Below are positions 60,367 to 64,000 of a stretch of 64,000 nt of DNA, piece by piece. Every line of letters begins with the position of its first letter. The first letter of the stretch is position 1. The notes under the pieces are model-generated. The model was given only the letters and a program-made list of their open reading frames with translations. It had not been told where the DNA came from and did not search any database. The translations under genes and the position numbers were made by a program. Origin of the DNA: Terriglobia bacterium (GTDB lineage Bacteria > Acidobacteriota > Terriglobia > Acidiferrales > UBA7541); assembly GCA_963695545.1 (NCBI GenBank), contig OY968796.1, positions 3,680,001 to 3,744,000 of the forward strand, written 5' to 3'.

Positions 60367-61845
60367 ATGGAATCGAAACCAACCACGCTGGGAGAATTGC
60401 AGAAAAATCCGCGTTACGCGCCGGGCGCGCCCGCGCGCACCGTGAAAGACGAAATGCGCGAGAACGTTTTGCGCCGCATCGCCGCCGGCGAACCGCTTTT
60501 CCCCGGCGTTCACGGCTACGAAGAAACTGTTCTCCCTCAGATCGTGAACGCGATCCTCGCGCGCCACAATTTCATTCTGCTGGGCCTGCGCGGCCAGGCC
60601 AAAAGCCGCATCCTCCGCGGCCTGATCGAATTCCTTGACGCCGAAACTCCGGTGATCGCCGGCTGCGAAATTCACGACAATCCTTCGCGCCCATTGTGCA
60701 AAGCTTGCCGCGATCTCGTGGCCGAGCGGGGCGCCGAAACTCTAATCGCCTGGCGCGCGCGCGCCGATCGCTTCGTTGAAAAGCTCGCCACGCCCGACGT
60801 CACCATCGCCGATATCCTCGGCGACGTCGATCCCATCAAAGCCGCGCGCAGCGGCCGCGCCCTCGGCGACGAGATGACCATCCACTATGGTTTGCTCCCG
60901 CGTGCGAATCGCGGCATTTTCGCCATCAACGAACTGCCGGATCTCGCCGGAAAAATTCAGGTCAGCCTTTTCAACATCATGCAAGAAGGCGACGTGCAGA
61001 TTAAAGGCTATCCCGTGCGCCTGCCTCTCGACGTCCTGCTCGTCTTCACCGCGAATCCGGAAGATTACACCGCACGCGGAAAAATCATCACGCCTCTGAA
61101 AGATCGCATCGGCGCGGAAATCCGCACTCACTATCCCGCCACCGTCGCCGAAGGCATGTCCATCACGGAGCAGGAAGCCTGGACCAAACGCCCTGGCGGC
61201 GTCGCCGTCGATATCCCCGATTATCTTCGCGAGACCGTCGAGGAAATCGCATTCCTCGGCCGCGAGGATAAGCGCGTCGACAAGCGCTCCGGCGTAAGCC
61301 AGCGCCTGCCGATCGCCTGTCTCGAAAGCGTCGCAAGCAACGCCGAACAGCGCGCCGCGCGCAATCGCGAATCGCAAGCCACAGCCCGCGTGGCCGACCT
61401 CTACGCCGCGCTGCCCGCGATCACCGGAAAACTCGAACTCGAATACGAAGGCGAAATGAAAGGCGCCGAAAATATCGCGCGAGAACTGGTGCGCTCCGCC
61501 GTCGGCCGCGTTTTCCAGAAACGTCTCCCCGGCGCGAATTTCCAGGGCATCGTCCAGTGGTTTGAAGGTGGCGGAGAATTGAAAATTCCGGAAGGCGCGC
61601 CCGCATCCGAAGCCCTGAAGCAAATGAGTAAAATTCCCGGCCTCGCGGATCACGCCCACGTCCTTGGTGCGGACGGCGCCACCACGCCCGGCGCCGCGGC
61701 CGCCGCATCCGAATTCGTTCTCGAAGGATTGTGGTCGCAGAAGCGCATCAGCCGCAGCGAAGAGCGCGGCTTTTTCGCCGAGCGCCCCAAGCAAGCCGAG
61801 CCGCGCGAGCCCATGCAACGCCCGCCGCGCCGGCAATTCAATTAG
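60367..61845 (+). CDS. Mg-chelatase ChlI-like AAA+ ATPase
   Basis: GLRGQAKSR, ANRGIFAINELPDL and ANPEDYTARG. Confidence 0.9.
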   Translation: MESKPTTLGELQKNPRYAPGAPARTVKDEMRENVLRRIAAGEPLFPGVHGYEETVLPQIVNAILARHNFILLGLRGQAKSRILRGLIEFLDAETPVIAGCEIHDNPSRPLCKACRDLVAERGAETLIAWRARADRFVEKLATPDVTIADILGDVDPIKAARSGRALGDEMTIHYGLLPRANRGIFAINELPDLAGKIQVSLFNIMQEGDVQIKGYPVRLPLDVLLVFTANPEDYTARGKIITPLKDRIGAEIRTHYPATVAEGMSITEQEAWTKRPGGVAVDIPDYLRETVEEIAFLGREDKRVDKRSGVSQRLPIACLESVASNAEQRAARNRESQATARVADLYAALPAITGKLELEYEGEMKGAENIARELVRSAVGRVFQKRLPGANFQGIVQWFEGGGELKIPEGAPASEALKQMSKIPGLADHAHVLGADGATTPGAAAAASEFVLEGLWSQKRISRSEERGFFAERPKQAEPREPMQRPPRRQFN

Positions 61846-61874
61846 AAGCCTGACCGTTTGAGCGAGACTCGAAA

Positions 61875-63137
61875 ATGAAATACATCCGCTACAAGAAATA
61901 TAACGGTGAGCCGGCCGACGACGTCGATCTCGACACGCTGATCGATCGCCTCTCCGATTTTTTTCTGCAAAGCGGCTTCGAGTCCCAATTCTACGACATC
62001 AACGAGTTCGATCCCGACCGCTCGATGGAAGCTCTGCGCCAGGCCATCGAGCAGGCCCTCGCCGAAGGCGACCTGATCCCCGACGATCTATTGAAACAAT
62101 TGCTCGAGCAGGAAGGCGAAGGCGCCAATTCCAGCATGCGCGAATTGATCGATCGACTGATCGAGCGGCTGATGCAGGAAGGCTACATCGACGGCCCGCT
62201 CCCGCACGTCACTCCCCCGCCCGGCAAAACTCCGCGCGGCGGAATCGGCCAGCCGCAAGAGCGTCAAGCCAACGCGCGCTTTGAAATCACCGATAAAACC
62301 ATCGACTTCCTCGGTTTCAAAACGCTGCGCGATTTGCTCGGCTCGCTCGGCAAAAGCAGCTTCGGCCGTCACGATACGCGCGATCTCGCCACTGGTGTGG
62401 AATCCGGCGGCACTTCCCGCGCCTACGAATTTGGCGACACGCTCAATCTCGACATCGCCGAGACGCTCTCAAACGCCGTACGCCGCGAAGGCGCCAAAGT
62501 CCCCATCGAACTCGATTATCCCGACCTGATGGTTCATCAGTGCGAATACCAAAGTTCCTGCGCCACGGTTCTGATGCTCGATTGCAGCCACAGCATGATT
62601 CTTTATGGCGAGGATCGCTTCACGCCCGCCAAGAGAGTCGCCATGGCGCTCTCGCATTTGATCCGCACGCAATATCCCGGCGATTCCCTGCACCTCGTTC
62701 TCTTCCACGATTCCGCCGAAGAAATGCCGCTCGGCGAATTGGCCCGCGTGCAAGTCGGCCCGTATTACACCAACACGCGCGAAGGCCTGCGCCTCGCGCA
62801 GCGCATCCTGAATCGCCAGAAAAAAGACATGCGCCAGATCGTCATGATCACCGACGGCAAACCATCGGCGCTAACGCTCGAAGACGGCCGCATCTACAAA
62901 AACGCCTTCGGCCTCGATCCCCTCGTCGTCAGCCAAACTCTCGAAGAAGTCTCCAAGTGCCGCCGCGCCGGCATCCCCATCAACACCTTCATGCTCGCCA
63001 GCGACTACAGCCTCGTGCACTTCGTCCAAAAAGTCACCGAGCTCTGCCGCGGCAAAGCCTACTTCACCACGCCCCGCAATCTCGGCCAGTATCTCCTCAT
63101 GGATTATCTCGGTAAAAAGACTCGCCACATTCACTAG
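61875..63137 (+). CDS. VWA-domain protein (AAA+ partner)
   Basis: MIDAS motif DCSHSM, YTNT and ITDGKP. Confidence 0.9.
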   Translation: MKYIRYKKYNGEPADDVDLDTLIDRLSDFFLQSGFESQFYDINEFDPDRSMEALRQAIEQALAEGDLIPDDLLKQLLEQEGEGANSSMRELIDRLIERLMQEGYIDGPLPHVTPPPGKTPRGGIGQPQERQANARFEITDKTIDFLGFKTLRDLLGSLGKSSFGRHDTRDLATGVESGGTSRAYEFGDTLNLDIAETLSNAVRREGAKVPIELDYPDLMVHQCEYQSSCATVLMLDCSHSMILYGEDRFTPAKRVAMALSHLIRTQYPGDSLHLVLFHDSAEEMPLGELARVQVGPYYTNTREGLRLAQRILNRQKKDMRQIVMITDGKPSALTLEDGRIYKNAFGLDPLVVSQTLEEVSKCRRAGIPINTFMLASDYSLVHFVQKVTELCRGKAYFTTPRNLGQYLLMDYLGKKTRHIH

Positions 63138-63208
63138 ACCACCGACGCCCCTCCGCGGCTCCCGGTACCCTCGCGCCGCAAACACCCGGAGTGGTAGATT
63201 GTTGCCAT

Positions 63209-63832
63209 ATGTCTTTCGATTGGGAACAACTCCTCGCGACGGTCGGAGGACAAGCTGCAGTGTTGGCGGCTGTCGGCTACCTGATCAAGACTCTACTTTC
63301 AAGCCGCCTGGAACGCGAATCGGACGCGTTTAAAGCGGAACTCAAACGGAGCGCTGACGTTGAAATCGAGCGCTTGAGAAGCAGCCTCCAGATGGAGGCG
63401 CTGGAACATCGCGTTCGCTTCTCGAAACTCCACGAGCAACGAGTGGATGTTATCTCCCGTCTGTCTACAGAAATCGAGGAAGTTCCGGCTGCAGTGCAGA
63501 TTTTCGTGCTGAATGTTAAACAGCCCGCAGCCCTCGAAGTAGCACGAGATCGTACGTTCGAGCTATTCAGACTCAGCCGCCTAAACCGCACAATTCTGCC
63601 GGCATCTGTATGCGCGATGTTGGAACAGTACTCGAGAAAACTAATGCATATCGTCTCGTTTGTCTCGGTGTACTGGACTGCCGTAGAGAACCCGACTCCA
63701 GAAACCGTAACCAAGCGAAACGAAATCATGTTGGACGCCGTCTCCGCGCTGGAGGGAGATATCCCGGCGCTCAAAGAGAAGTTGATCGTCGAATTCCGTA
63801 CGCTCTTGGCGGGAGAAAACGCCAAGACCTAA
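63209..63832 (+). CDS. hypothetical protein (N-terminal TM plus coiled coil), atypical composition
   Basis: Long ORF with visibly lower GC than its neighbours; no recognisable motif. Confidence 0.65.
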   Translation: MSFDWEQLLATVGGQAAVLAAVGYLIKTLLSSRLERESDAFKAELKRSADVEIERLRSSLQMEALEHRVRFSKLHEQRVDVISRLSTEIEEVPAAVQIFVLNVKQPAALEVARDRTFELFRLSRLNRTILPASVCAMLEQYSRKLMHIVSFVSVYWTAVENPTPETVTKRNEIMLDAVSALEGDIPALKEKLIVEFRTLLAGENAKT

Positions 63833-64000
63833 CAAGACCACGCCGGCGTCGCGCCAGATTGGCCTCACGAGGCGATTTTGTTTCCGCCTGGCGAACCGGC
63901 GGCGATCGACTCATACGACGCCTTCCCACGATATACTTACGCCCGCACGCAACGATCGCGGAGGCAACCGGAAATGCCGGCCTGGCTTGAAATCGATCGA

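Noticed and set aside
60367..63137. Magnesium chelatase or photosynthesis genes
   Set aside because: There is no chlH/bchH or other bch gene. This AAA+/VWA pair is common in non-phototrophs.

Overview
High-GC bacterial chromosome segment. Its gene content (Oar-type TonB receptor, Tat-exported TIM-barrel proteins, stand-alone PilZ) suggests Acidobacteriota, which is an inference. Most of the window is housekeeping: partial leuS, nfo, an ABC-F ATPase, aroF/ubiE/aroB, tatBC, tRNA-Val and tRNA-Asp, a his operon with a His-leader attenuator, and a divergent heme cluster. Near the end are IclR, a TonB receptor, an ECF sigma/anti-sigma pair and an AAA+/VWA pair. Four accessory features stand out. 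(1) A complete 2.6-kb IS1595-family transposon (inverted repeats, 8-bp target duplication) carries cargo genes, including a DUF3800-like protein. It has inserted into the tail of an unexplained element made of a promoter, a 39-bp-period palindromic repeat array and a G-run. (2) A Ser/Thr signalling operon centres on a membrane-spanning trypsin-protease/FHA fusion, with a second FHA protein, a PP2C and a receptor kinase, and lies divergent from a PEGA/OmpA gene. (3) An MHYT-PAS hybrid kinase/Hpt/diguanylate cyclase relay sits next to the tRNAs. (4) The promoter and start of iclR are duplicated. hisD and the 3' end of hisG carry a dense patch of indels, probably consensus errors.
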